The notes beneath the pieces are model-generated. The model did not search any database. It saw nothing but the letters and a program-made list of their open reading frames with translations, and was not told where the DNA came from. From the NCBI GenBank assembly GCA_040954595.2, contig CM082594.2, positions 11,734,985-11,798,984 on the forward strand: a DNA stretch of 64,000 nucleotides, read 5' to 3'. Positions 51,401 through 63,149 of the stretch are shown piece after piece. Numbering within the stretch: position 1 is the first letter of the stretch; each line of letters starts with the position of its first letter. Both the position numbers and the translations under genes were made by a program. The DNA is from Balanoglossus misakiensis. Its lineage: Eukaryota > Animalia > Hemichordata.

Positions 51401-51871
51401 GCAAGTCATTTGAAAAACCATTGCCAGCTGCTTTTGTGAAAATGGACAAAAAAATATACCAGCAATTTGCGGGTTCCCACGTCACTGAAATGTGTTTACT
51501 CAAAGCAATATGGAACTACCTCCAGCTACTATCAATACTTTTCCTCATAAAAGAAAATCTTTTATCCAAAAGTATTAAATATACGTGATCGGACTTAGGA
51601 TATAAAAGAAAAAAAAAAAGAATTATTTACTGTCTTATTGAGGTTATTCACATGAGTGGATCAAGCAAGAATTTAATATCAGTTTATTTTTTATCATGTC
51701 TCCCAACCATCATCATTGTTAAATGACTTTTACAAGCATGAGATAATTTGAACTATTGTCCCTGACTCCGAATGGAAAAACCACACACAACTCACCCAGT
51801 ATATGCGCCGGATCAAAAAATCCCCTTGATCCCACGGGACTTTTCCGTGACGGATTTTCTCCCGGATCCAT
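27275..51871 (-). CDS. BAZ2B: Bromodomain adjacent to zinc finger domain 2B-like (BAZ2/toutatis family) chromatin-remodelling subunit; 33 coding exons, 2169 aa as modelled
   Basis: Hand-spliced exons in transcript order: 51796-51871, 47861-48070, 43661-43825, 43099-43400, 42565-42966, 42223-42408, 41263-41559, 40965-41127, 40573-40803, 40072-40370, 39729-39906, 38151-38243, 36547-36674, 35889-35954, 35499-35543, 34606-34638, 33756-33821, 33260-33400, 33000-33111, 32707-32852, 32488-32595, 32100-32284, 31674-31953, 30395-31532, 30089-30247, 29634-29970, 29425-29487, 29033-29168, 28654-28800, 28252-28361, 27895-28104, 27614-27757, 27275-27428. All intron phases agree; the sum is 6510 nt. The domain order MBD-DDT-WHIM-PHD-bromo is diagnostic of BAZ2. 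Motifs HSEFGGLG, ELKKPIEDM and SIAWEKSIMKVFCQFCRKGDNEELLLLCDGCDKG resemble BAZ2B more than BAZ2A. Confidence 0.93.
27614..27757 (-). CDS. BAZ2B: Bromodomain N-terminal half exon
   Basis: AILAEMEKHDDGWPFLVPVDTKQFSTYKKVIKHPMDFHTMKCKLRDG (WPF and PMD motifs); bounded by CAG and GTAAG; absent from the ORF track. Confidence 0.95.
27895..28104 (-). CDS. BAZ2B: Exon: end of PHD2 and basic linker
   Basis: IPRGKWLCQWCQKQKNKTSRGKGKK...SKDMAPC; canonical splice sites with matching phase. Confidence 0.9.
28252..28361 (-). CDS. BAZ2B: Second PHD finger exon
   Basis: ATGECICVMCRSKGKLVKCDNCPRAYHPDCLDPPLS; the C4HC3 pattern is completed in the next exon. Confidence 0.93.
28654..28800 (-). CDS. BAZ2B: First PHD finger exon
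   Basis: FCQFCRKGDNEELLLLCDGCDKGFHTYCFKPRMPSIPEGDWYCYECIFK. This frame differs from the ORF-track translation. Confidence 0.96.
29033..29168 (-). CDS. BAZ2B: Pre-PHD conserved exon
   Basis: PNEDVPKGLANWRTAV...SIAWEKSIMKV, a BAZ-family IAWEKSI motif. Confidence 0.92.
29634..29970 (-). CDS. BAZ2B: Internal exon (BAZ2 conserved helical region)
   Basis: VLQDVEALEDKVFSSSMQVKGW and LEKSVERRYLKAPL motifs. An alternative in-frame acceptor lies 12 nt away (exon end 29958). Confidence 0.9.
30089..30247 (-). CDS. BAZ2B: WHIM3 exon
   Basis: MKHGWWHITDAEVIKHLTRALHPRGIRERLLQKNL (GWW...LHPRGIRE). Confidence 0.93.
30395..31532 (-). CDS. BAZ2B: Largest exon: WHIM2 plus low-complexity insert
   Basis: LRAMSFGQDRFRRRYWVLPHAGGIYVEG; FLQKPESFSKLSELL; KPWFSILPRMPCD; 1138 nt. 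Confidence 0.95.
31674..31953 (-). CDS. BAZ2B: Acidic-tract exon
   Basis: MRTIQAKKF...DEEEEEEEEDEKD...EEMDKKIEKLTK; canonical splice sites. Confidence 0.9.
32100..32284 (-). CDS. BAZ2B: WHIM1 exon
   Basis: PFMALSATQKAACLSYLVNDLVCSSRITEEIDKSIEHMSSLRRDKWIIEGKLR. Confidence 0.93.
32707..33111 (-). CDS. BAZ2B: DDT domain exons (33000-33111 and 32707-32852)
   Basis: PLPNLETLQGVKLPSNAFSDCLMVLEFLHNFGEALGL / DLEDDVPTLDSLQDGLLN. Confidence 0.93.
33260..33400 (-). CDS. BAZ2B: Coiled-coil exon preceding the DDT domain
   Basis: EKERIKQEKKAEKKFHRERKLEQKRFEVQMAKELKKPIEDMKLGDQK; phase 0-0. Confidence 0.92.
34606..34638 (-). CDS. BAZ2B: 33-nt candidate microexon (ERERRKHLLVM)
   Basis: CAG|GAAAGGGAGAGGCGAAAACATTTGCTAGTCATG|GTAAGA; symmetric phase 0-0; the peptide resembles the next exon, ERERRKQHMMLV. 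Confidence 0.65.
35304..35406. repeat. Imperfect (CA)n microsatellite with internal ~24-bp duplication
   Basis: Runs of cacacacacgcaaacaacatacatgca. Confidence 0.9.
36790..36915. repeat. Imperfect (TG)n/(TGTA)n microsatellite
   Basis: Alternating purine-pyrimidine tract; a shorter one lies at ~37258-37324. Confidence 0.85.
38602..38799. mobile_element. Intronic MITE (~198 bp), possibly piggyBac-like
   Basis: Left TIR accccttcacca-N9-ggtgtaacccaactgttttcaa. The reverse complement of the right end is accccttcacca-N9-ggtgcaacccactgttttcaa. Ends are CCC/GGG, flanked by degenerate TTAA-like bases (tgaa / tcta). Confidence 0.7.
40072..40370 (-). CDS. BAZ2B: MBD/TAM domain exon
   Basis: PLECGWRRQTLIRQLGPGDRIRGDVVYYAPCGKKIKTYPEVMRYLDKHRITAVSRDNFSFS. 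Confidence 0.96.
42565..42966 (-). CDS. BAZ2B: Ser/Asp-rich exon ending at a GC splice donor
   Basis: 402 nt, phase 0-0; contains PLNLS; ends CAG|GCAAGT. Confidence 0.85.
43099..43400 (-). CDS. BAZ2B: Ser/Thr-rich exon with an AT-hook
   Basis: KPKRGRPKGG (RGRP core flanked by basic residues) at about 43177-43206. Confidence 0.88.
47861..48070 (-). CDS. BAZ2B: Second coding exon
   Basis: PSAFSMFGQP...HSEFGGLGNL...AALAHSPL; bounded by CAG and GTAAG; phase 1-1. Confidence 0.85.
50026..50175. repeat. Diverged 76-bp tandem duplication
   Basis: aatttccactgcc at 50026 and 50102, each followed by atg[g/a]ac[g/a]tcaaat...gatcc. Confidence 0.6.
51796..51871 (-). CDS. BAZ2B: First coding exon (putative start)
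   Basis: tttcag|G ATG GAT CCG...: MDPGENPSRKSPVGSRGFFDPAHIL, followed by a GTGAGT donor in phase 1. The acceptor 1 nt before the ATG implies an upstream exon. Confidence 0.7.
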
Positions 51872-54800
51872 CCTGAAATGACAGAAAAAGAAATTTTTTA
51901 TCACAGGTGCTGATCAATCAATTAATGATCAAATAATTAATAAAGAGGGAAAAAAGTTCAAAGTACACAAAATTACAATACATAACTTCACAGTCAAAAG
52001 ATAATTTCTTACAGTTCATCGTAATCAAGCCATTTTGGAAATAAACACATATGTACATGCATGCATGCATGTTTTTCACAGGAATACAAAAATGTTAAAT
52101 CCGATATGCGCATTAGTTAGATTTTATGGATGACAACTGGGTCAATAGGTGCTGCTTATGACTTAAATGGTATACGCCATTCTCTATGTTATTATGATCA
52201 GGCGCGATGACTGTTCCTTTTAACAATAAAAAAAAAAAAACATTTCCATCCCAGAATAAATAGTAAAATTGTGGAATGGATTATAGAGACAAGGACACTT
52301 TTAATACAAGGCGAAACTTATGAAAAGGCAAGCAGATGAGCTTTTAAAATGTGAAAATTCAAGAACAAGGTCTTTGAGTCTGACAAAAAATTATAATGAT
52401 TTTCATGAAAAAAATTCCATGATGACGTACATTTTTATCTGAAAAGAACCAACAAGTAAATTACTTTGCATTTGTATGGTTGCTAAATGCATGTCAGTTT
52501 CAACAACAACTGTAAACTTAATACATTTCACTTTGGGCATTTAAAGGCAAGTACAACAGTATTTGACCCATGTAGGGTGACTTCTGCCTGTTGTACTGAA
52601 GTGCATGAATGGATTTGAACACCACTCTGGGTCTTGCTTCACATTGAAAACAATTAAAATCACAAATGAAAGAAAAGCTATTCTTGTCGAGCAGTAAAAG
52701 AGGAAGGCGAGAGCTGATTGATGCCTGTGTGCATTTCTATCCTGCAATAAATTACTTATTTGGCGCCAGTTGTCAGCTCAGCTTAGCCGCACTCCACCAT
52801 GTATATTTTTCACAACGAGTTGACCTCATCAACGCAGCACAGGCCGCCAACAGCAGTATCCACTCATCTGACGATCGAGTTTTCAGCATTGAGAATTATT
52901 ATTAAAGGCCAGTGGAGTACAAACATACAGGAAATTATAGTCACGTCAGCCATCTTGGCATACGTGTATTTGTTTCCAATTGAAAAGCTTAAGTCACAAT
53001 ATCATGCAGCACAAAACACATTATCCATCAGAAAGCTCTTTTCCAAAATATATCATACATGTATCTACCCATTTCTTTATGATTTTTTTCACAAACATGT
53101 GAATCATGAAAATTTTATTGCCATGAATCTCTTGGGAGATTATATATAAACATAAAAGGCAACTCGAAAGTATCTTTTTATCAATTTCCTTTATTTCTCA
53201 GATCAACAGTTTTCAAACAGTAGATACATAATTTCTATTTGTGTTTTGTTTTTACTTATTATTAATCGTCCAATATATTGACCAATGAATATCATTTCTA
53301 ACAGAAAAAATGCGATATGACTTAATAAAATCCACTTGGCAATCATGGCACCAAATTGAGCCATGACTCATGACTATTACTGCCAGCTTAGTGTCCTTTG
53401 CATAGCTTATAAATTTGGTGAGCGTTGGAAGTGTGAAAAACAAGCCTTTCCTATTCTAGGGCACGCATGTCGCAACACAATCAATATGTGTAATGTCTAC
53501 TTCTGAGTCTCAATCAATCATGACATATTCACCTTTAACTGAATGACAGTGTTGCTCTCACAAGAATACATATGTGCATGTTGAGGTTTTCAAAAAGACA
53601 AGATTAACGTTGCTGGGAGAAAAGGAGAGAGACAAAACTGTGACCTGAATTCCCTTTAAACGCATCAGGCTGTGTTTAATCAAACTGACCTCAAAGAACG
53701 CTACACAGGATTGACTGACAGTGACACCAGTTGAAATATTTCTTGAATACAGTGCCATAAAACTGAAAAGTAACATTTGAGATATCCGATTCTGAGTGAT
53801 ACTATCTTCCCAAGCCGACAAAGTATTCAGATAAAATATTTACATTTGCTGTACTTTGCGTAACGTGTTACATTATCTTCCATCCCAACAAGCAACCAAT
53901 TACTTCTCTTCAGAATCACTAAAATGACAGCACAGTACATGTGAACTCAGTCACCAGCAGGAGGTTCAATGAAAAAGTGCAGTCAGTGATCAAGACGTAA
54001 GATTATCTCTCTCGAACTTGTAGACATAAAATTCAACTGATGGAGTTGATCAGAGGGAAGGAAAACGCGCAAAAATTCTGACTTAAATTACGTTAAAAGT
54101 GACGGGAAAATGGAAGGGTCAATTTAAATTTATATCTGATCTAAAACATCAATGAGCAAAGAGACCAAGGTGCTGGGTAACCTTTGACCCCTGCCACTGA
54201 TAGGTGACAAAATGGACACGCTGACAGATGTGATCCAACAGTAGGACAAACAAATTCTTTGGACTGTGGCAAACTCTGTAGTCATGTGAGCCACGTCAAT
54301 AAAATGTGCAGGTACATGTAGTACTGGCCACTGTCAATGATACACGAAAACCACACTCATCAAAGCAGAGATGCAAATTTGATTAATTTGTACGACTGCA
54401 GCATATGGTTTATGTGTACATATCAAGTAGATTAAAGTCAATGTCAGACATGGGCATGCATGAATATTGAATACCAACATTTGTACAAAAGAATTATAAA
54501 AAAGTAGAATGGGATGAGAAAGGAATATAAAAGCTTGGATCATTAAAAACAGTAGAATATGTAGAAATGGACAATGGTGAACAAACGTCACTGGTTGCAG
54601 ACAAGTTCCAGCTAGACTTCATTGAATGTTTCTCTCATAAAATGGACAGCATCCATAATTTGACCTATACCATGCATTATTCCAGTGGTTATAAATTTAG
54701 AGACCCCAGTGACCATAGTTTCTCAGGGTTCTTGAAGTGGGTCATGATGCTCCATATTTATGCAGAAAGTCCATGCACTCATCTGTTTTCCTTCAATCCA

Positions 54801-57800
54801 TATCCCTGTTCCCAAACCATTCATAAATTTCTCAAATTTCTTTGCAGGCCCCGAGTTTTACCTGATAACTTTGATGATAAATCTGTCAATATACTGCAGC
54901 TGCAGCCTTAAAAACAAATCTGAAGCGAAGATATTTTTGACCGAATGGAATCATCAAGAGACCAACTGGAAGTACATGGAATGTGAAACATATCACAAAA
55001 AAAGACTGACACGACACAGCTAATGGTCTTACCGACGTGTTTAGTTGAAATAAAATTGCCCCGAGGAAAACGCCGATAATGGGTGCAACATTTAGCATTT
55101 CTTGGAAATAACACACATGTTTTCAGTTTCAAAGCATTGTCTGTGGCAAATCTTTGTTTCCTGGTAAAGAGCCCATGGCAAGATACCAAAAGGCTTGATG
55201 AAATCCAAAATTGGCTATTACTTTTCGGTATATAGCCATATTAGCCAAACTGGTTATCCTTTTCTCGGGGGACAACCATAGCAATTTATCTCTATTTACT
55301 GCCAATTTAACTTGAGTTTATTTACAATGAAAGGCACAGTCCAATCTGCACTGTCTGAAGTGTTAGCAAAGAAACAAAGAGAAACATTTAGATTTACATT
55401 TGCATCGTGAACCCCATCTTTTAAATCTTTAAAGAGTGAAAAGTGAGCAAAAGAATGTGCACATGCAGAGTACAATGTACATGTACATGTACTACTGGTA
55501 AGTGGTTTTTAATTTAAAATTTGACTTCCTTGCTACATCTATATGATTCAGTACGAATCTGAATCCAGTACAAGTTCAAGTGATCGATGATTTATGACTG
55601 TTTGAGCCTAAATTTGAATATTAAAAAAACAGGCATACATGTACAAGGTGACTGGGATATTAACACAAATCAGAGGCCAATGTACCTGTTCTGGTGTTGA
55701 GCATTAAAAGACTTTAACCAATTGTCTTCATACACTAAGTGAAACACATTCTCAGGTCCAATGCAAACTCACTTTTGTCAAAATGCATGAAATACAAACC
55801 TGTGACCATGACAACCTTGACGGCAATCCAGAGACATTTTTCTTGGGCTTTACTGTAAAATTGATACGTGCACACAAAATACAGCAGAGCTAATTCGACC
55901 ATGACACGGAGAATATGATTTCAAGAATTCACAGAATGACAGATATGCACTGATGCACACAGATGAACTTGTCAGATATTCAGTGTAACACTGGAAATGA
56001 CACAGAATCCCTCTGATTTGTCAGATAAGTTACAAATTGAAAAACACAAAATGGAGAGCACAAAATACAAATTCATATCTGGATCCTTGTAGCATTAACT
56101 TGCCTGTCTTCTTCAAATTAACATTCTACAAAACAGAAGAAATACAGTAAATTATTTTGTTAAATAATCAAACTGATCAGTCTCAAGAAACATTTTTGAC
56201 AGGATTATTTTTTCGTGGCTCTGATTTGCTGCCTTCATTTACATAGGGATCTTATGACCTGTATGGAATGTTACAACATATTCTCTCAGAATATCACAAA
56301 AACGATACATGATATACATGCCTGATTAACTTTCCGAATACAAATGTCAATACAAAAAAATATGAGCAAAAATACACCATGATGTTGAGTTTAGTCTTTT
56401 TTAATGCACTTTGTTTTTTTTATCCTGGGGAGGTATCGTGAAATGTAAAAAAAACTCGCCTGAATTCCCCAGGAAATAACCAGTCCTGATTGAGCCCACA
56501 CAGCGCAATTGAATTTTGTATCGTGATAAAATATAGTATATAAATTCTTTGCAATGAAGATGCATGTTTCTGTGGGCAATTCATATGGGCCCCTAGGCAG
56601 AGAGCGGGATTGTATTACCATACAAAATGACACGGAATATGTTATTACTGTGACATCTGCAACAGAGAGCAACCAAGTTGGTACATCACTCATATTTGCT
56701 TTTGACAGCCCATTTAATGACTGCAGCCGACAACAGCTCAATTTCAACAAAAGATCTCCCAAACACACAGAAAAAATAAATGGTAAATTTCACCACGATC
56801 ATTGCTTCCATTGTGGCCAATTGGGTAACTGACAAAGACACTCGCGGAGAGAGAGAGTGAAAATAATTATGGAAAGGGAATGAAACGGAATATGCCATGC
56901 CACAGTCAGCTGACCCAGAAGTGAATTATGAAAGAGACAATTTTCAATTTGGGAATTTCGAGATGCTACTGGCATTATCGAAAAGTCTCTTGGCAAGAAT
57001 TGATAAGTGCTGGCTATCGCTGGGGAAATTTCTGTGGTGGAGCTGGTGTTATTACTCTTAAATTCTTCAAAGCCAAAGCAGTTCACTGATAATTAGCAAG
57101 GAAATAATCCCTTGTGCAACTGAAGTTTAATATAGAAATCAAGACGACGATAACAGGAATGCATCCATTTTTAAAAGTAGATCTTAAATTTCCTTTTTCA
57201 ACTGCTCGTGAAAATGGACACTTTTGGATTTTCAGGAAGACAATGATCAACGACAATACATGGCAGAACATGCCACATCCACACACAATGATATCATTTA
57301 TTATTGATGTATTTAATGGAAAATTGGTTAGAAGGGTGAGCGGATGGCTTATGAAGATTTCTGTTGAAGCGAACAGAACACAGGCATCCATTTGTCCATC
57401 AAATCCATTATGATTTTCCTGTTACATGTACCTGTAACTTTTCCTGCGAGCACAGGTTGTGAACATAAATTTCACTGTGTGATCAAACATTGTCAGTTTT
57501 CCCATTCTGAGAACTCATTAAGACTGTTACTAGGAGACAGTCAACTGGCATGACTCATTCGAGGAAGGAGGGGATTGGATTATCTTGTCAGTGTAGGTTG
57601 GTGCACCACACATCACCCCCTTACCTTGATACAATGACAATTCTGCGTAGTTAACAAATTGCCTGCAAGTCAGAGAAAACAGTGGCCACTGTCACTGACA
57701 GGTTAACACTCAATATTTCCACTTCTTTCAAATCAAACTCACACTTTTTCCTACATATTTTTCAATCTGAATGATCAAATCAAGTCGTGTTCATTTGGAT

Positions 57801-60535
57801 ACTATAAACACAGGAGAAAATTAAAGCAAAGAACAGCTGCATCCAATGTCTTGGTTTCGAAATAAAACCCACCACCCCTCCCTCTTCTTTGTTTAAATGT
57901 CCAGCCAAGCCATTGTCAAAACAATCCCGTTAGATAAAAGTACTTTTGTTGTGAAGCACTATTGGGAACAAAGGAAGTGATGGGAATATGAGGTGAAGTT
58001 GAATAAGCATCACTTCTGCCTGAAATTTATTGATTATTCTCACAAATCAAATCTTCCAGCGTTAACACAACATAGCTGATTAGAGTGTTGATGCCTTTTG
58101 TTGAATCTCACAAATGCACAAACGTGCTCAAAGTGACCACTTCCATGAGGTGAAAATGAAAGCAAACTTAGTCTTGTGAAAAAAATCATAATAAAATCAC
58201 AGCAACTGGCAACCGAATGACAGCTGTCAATCATCCTTTTTTGTGCGAGTGAATTCTTCTCAACTGGCCGATCGGAATGTATGATATTGTAATCTTGAGG
58301 GAAATCATGAATAGATCAATTCATACTAGGATTTGAAGATCACAGGTGGGTACAGCAAATCTCAAAAGAAGATGCGTTTCCATCCATCTCTTCCCATCCA
58401 TGCTCCATCTTTTTCTGTAAAGGCTCTATGAGATGCCTTAGTGAATATTAAATTGATAATTTGCAATTAGTGTATTACTGCAGACAGTCTCCATCAAGAA
58501 TGCACATGCTTAATGACCAGATTTGATGTGATAAGATCTGATGTGGTAATCAGATTAGATATGATCAGATATGAAAAATTGGATACATTTGACAGTAAAA
58601 TTTATATCATAGCTTTATCACAAATGCAGATTACAGATGGTATGGTCCCTTTGTTTTTTAAAACAGGTGTGTATCTATTGGTTTTAAGTAAAATGGTTTA
58701 ATCTGTAGCTCATAATTAGCAATTGAGTTTTGTTGAGAATATCTTTGAAATATGACATCTTCTAGATAGTCTGTACTCTCAGGAAAGCATGGAACACCAA
58801 CTGCATATATACAATATGAATTATTTACATTGTAAATTTCCATAAACAAGTGTTCTCCCCAGGAATTTCAGATACAGTACTTAGTAATTTACATAACAAT
58901 TCAACCATTTTGCATGTTAATAATACATTTCTATTGTTCTCAGTACCATTTGTGTAAGATCAGCCAAATTATGACAACAAATAAGAGTAGTGACAGAAAA
59001 CTATTATTTCTATGAGAGATCAAATTTGATAGGAAAAATTCCATATTTTCCTAATTTTCACAGAACTTGCTTAGTGCTGACTTCCACCACAATTGGGCCC
59101 CTTCTTCACATCACAAGTGTGGTAACCATACTTGACAGATATGAATTCTTTGGAGTAGATTTGTAATTTACATGTAAAATATGAAATTGTGGCACTTATT
59201 ACTTATGAGATTAGTCCACTGAAGCATGGAAGGTACAGAGCCAACAGAGGAAAGCTGACAATAGCTACATGTATGATTAATTACGCTTTCACTGTCTGCC
59301 ACATCATTGGTCAAAGCTGCATCACATGATCAAATGTTCTTGTCACAAAATGAACAGAATTTTGCGTCAGTAGAAAAAATATTGCAGGGGCACTTTGTAA
59401 TTATGAAATGATATAGAAATTATACAGCTGGAATTTAAGTATGATTATAATTGTAACTCTATGGTGACGAGAACTTTTTTTTCAGAAAACAATCAACAGC
59501 TACCATTTGCTTTTGTTTTTTTATTACTTGTAAAAAAAAACCACCAACCCAACTGTTGACATATTAGGTAAGTATGACAAATTGGTCAAAACCAGATGAT
59601 GCAGTCAATTTTGACTGGTCTTCTTGATACTAAGAATGTGTATACAGACCACAAGTGCATCTATCATACACACATATAAACCAATAATTGTTTTTGCACC
59701 TTATTACAGTGTTGTGATTAGTGAATATGGTCTAAAAATTAAGTTGTTGTTTTTTTTCACAGACATGATATGACCAGACAGATGAGACATGGTGCAGAGA
59801 CAGGTGTATCAATATCTAATATAAAATTGTCTGCATTATTTATACCCCGTATCAGAATATATGTTTGCTAATAAATCCTTATTCTCTGTAGCAGTTTGTG
59901 CAGATACTTGAATGACCCTAAAAAAACATACAACACATAAAAAAGCTGCTAACTTATTTCAATATGTATTTATGGACATGTAGCTATAGCTGTAAATTTT
60001 TCTGTATTTTTGCCTGTGTATCAACTTTGGGCGGTGTCCTTCCCTGTACGGTAATCAGTATGCATGACTGTCTATTGTAATGTATGTATTGTTACATGTA
60101 TTTGTGATAATGGAATTCAAATCAAACGTATAATGCAAATTCATTTCTCAATAAAAAATGCTGGTTGCACATGTTTATACAATGTGTAATGACAAACCAA
60201 ATAACTGGCTTTTCAGAGAGTAGAACAAACAAATTGTTAAAACGTAGGAAAATAGAATAATTTCCTACGCTGCAGTAGATTGCAACATGTAATATAAATC
60301 ACCATTTACATCTGCACGCATAAACACCTGGTAACGCTACAACAAAAACTTCTCTTCCTCAAAGAGAACATTTTATTAACATATTCATCTGCACATGTGT
60401 AAGTCAACACTACAAATCTGATGACTTGTTGGCCGAGATCATTTCATCCCAATGACTTGAAAACTGAAAAAAATTTAATGGGGACTTTTGATGTCAAAAC
60501 ATTTGCATCAAAATATTGTGGTATAAAATCACTGA

Positions 60536-60589
<54 letters not shown>
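60536..60589. repeat. Perfect (GAT)18 microsatellite
   Basis: Counted directly. Confidence 0.97.
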
Positions 60590-63149
60590 AAATAACTTTG
60601 TAACTTTTACAAGCATATAAAAGGCGATATTCTTGGACTAAACTTGATTATTGTTCACTTGTAACCTGGCAGTTTCTACTAGCACAATGTCACGTCTTCT
60701 TGTACCGTGTACTTGCTGAGCACTGAACCTTGAAAGTACTCAGTGAATGTTAGAAATTCCCTCCAGCAACTCTTTTTCCACTCTCCACACACATTCTGCT
60801 TGTGAGCTGCCGTAGAAGTGAATTCTCATGCTTACCAAGCATTAATGATTAAAATATGCATGAATAAGAAGCAGCTAATTTCATTGTTAGAGAAGGTATA
60901 CAGGTGGAACAACACCTGAGGAGTGTGCATCGCAGACAAGTTCAAAATAACAGATTTGTCCAATGCCCTCGCAAGAAACATGGTCTTTCTGGCAGAGCTT
61001 GATTCTGTGCAGTGTTCCAAAAATACTTTTGGCCAGAGGAGGGAGAATTATTCTGATAATGTCTTAAATAAAAATCAATGTTCTATTCTCTCTGGTGAAA
61101 GATCCAGGCAAAATAAGCCAAGGCTTGTCACATCCCTTGTCTCCATGGAGACGACAGAATCTTCTTGATTTACACACCTCTGGCTATTTTTGTATATAGT
61201 GGGTGGTGAACATCATGAACATATCAAAATGTTTTTCTTCAACAACTGCTATTTTCATTCAAATTCATAACAACCTCATCTGTATCATACTCAACAGATT
61301 TTAACAAATCTTTCTCACAACATTTCTTCTGTAAGAAATGTCCCCTTCTTGTACAGCCCACAATATGTGTTACAGGGATTTTTGGGGAGTCTACTCTACA
61401 AGTTTGTTTCACCTGTGCACAGCCGCCGTCAAGGACATTTCATACTGCATGATTACATAATGTCAAGCTAGTATCACAAAGAGTAGCTCAAGACACAACA
61501 CTGCCATTTCAGACACATTGAGAAGGTGACTAAAATGAATTGCTTGATTTGGTACAATTTTCTGTCACTCAGAATTCATTACTTTCTGCTACATTGAAGC
61601 CTAATTTCAAGCCAGAGCCTGCTGTGTCACTGACCAATGTTTCCAAAAGCCTGCAATTTAAAGTCATTATTCTGAGATTACAAGCAGGCAGGGTTTTTTT
61701 TATGAACACTGCGCTGCCTAAACAAGGCATAGATAAAAACATTTGCATATAATGTGTGGTGATGAATAATTTACGGGAAATGGATCTGTCCATTTTAACA
61801 TGTCACTTCAGCCCCTGGTGGAGGGCCATGTCTTCCTTGCAGCTGGGAACACAGAATCACACTTTATGTTGCTGTGTGTCTCTGTAGGAGACAGTGTTTG
61901 TTTATGGCTGATGAACTACAATTACAATCTTTTCATTTAAAAAAATTCAAGGCTAATAAGAAAAGGTGTTGTTTTTTTTACTAATCTTTAAACCTGTCGC
62001 TGAAACTCAACTTTTGTTTTCTTATAATGTCCTTCTGCCAAAATTGTAATTCTTGAAGTGAACGTGGTAAGGACAGTTGCCCTGTTACAATGTAGATGCA
62101 AACACCAATTCATTATTCTGAGAGGGTTGTAAGAATTTTTTTGCTGCTTTGCTGTCTTCAAATCAAATTTTAAAATACAGAAATTTACAATTACAGGAAA
62201 GAGACATGTTAAAACACTTCAGTATCAAACAGTGTTATTTTATGGCTTCCTTTTTTCTGTATTTATTTAGGAATACTGGTATACTTTTACGATTCCCATA
62301 CATTTATTTGTGCAAAATTTGTAAAACTACTAAATATACCACGACTAAAAACAAACTTAGCGTATTCATTTACCCATATGTACCTTGCCAGGATGAAGGG
62401 ATAAATATAATTCAAAAGCCATTTAATAAATAAACAAACATGTAAACACATTTTGTGGTGCCAAAACTAATTTGACTTTTTGGAAAAATTATTTACAAAT
62501 TATTGAAGGAAGAAAATGTTCTAAACTGAGCGCACTCAACGATTGTTAAACGTTTCACTAAAATGAAAAGCTGTTATGAGTAATTTTATAATTTAAAACT
62601 CGGTGACCTTTTGAATAGTTTTTAAAATCTTTTTTTATACAAATCTTCCAAAAGTTTTCAAACCTTATTTGACAATTAACTGTCTTAGATTATAAACAAA
62701 TCACCTTTTCCAAATATTAATACAAAAAAAAAACTCTGGTGCACTTTCTGCTACTTGTATGTTGATCAGAGATTCATTTCAAGGAGCAGAGAATTTGTGT
62801 CCATTTCAATAATACATTTCACAAAACCTAAAATGTATCAAAATAATGATATACACATACATTGTATGTACATAGTTATATAAAAGTGATAAAAACTGGG
62901 GGAAAAAACTCCATCATGTAAATAACCCAGATTAAATGCCATGGTGCGTGGATAATTTTGCAAGGAGTATCCATAAAATTCTTAGACTTACTTGCAAAAC
63001 TCAGACCACAGATTATATACTCCGGGTTTTGCAAGCAAAAAAAATTACACTAGTGTTTGACATACAAGATGGTGGATGAATCAGAAATAGATCGGCAAAC
63101 ATCAGATATAATTAATAATATCACAAGGAAAGCGACAGAAAATTAGTCA

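Noticed and set aside
61806-61826. CTCF-like motif (CCACCAGGGGCTG on the minus strand)
   Set aside because: Only a partial match to the core; cannot be distinguished from chance without a PWM scan or ChIP.
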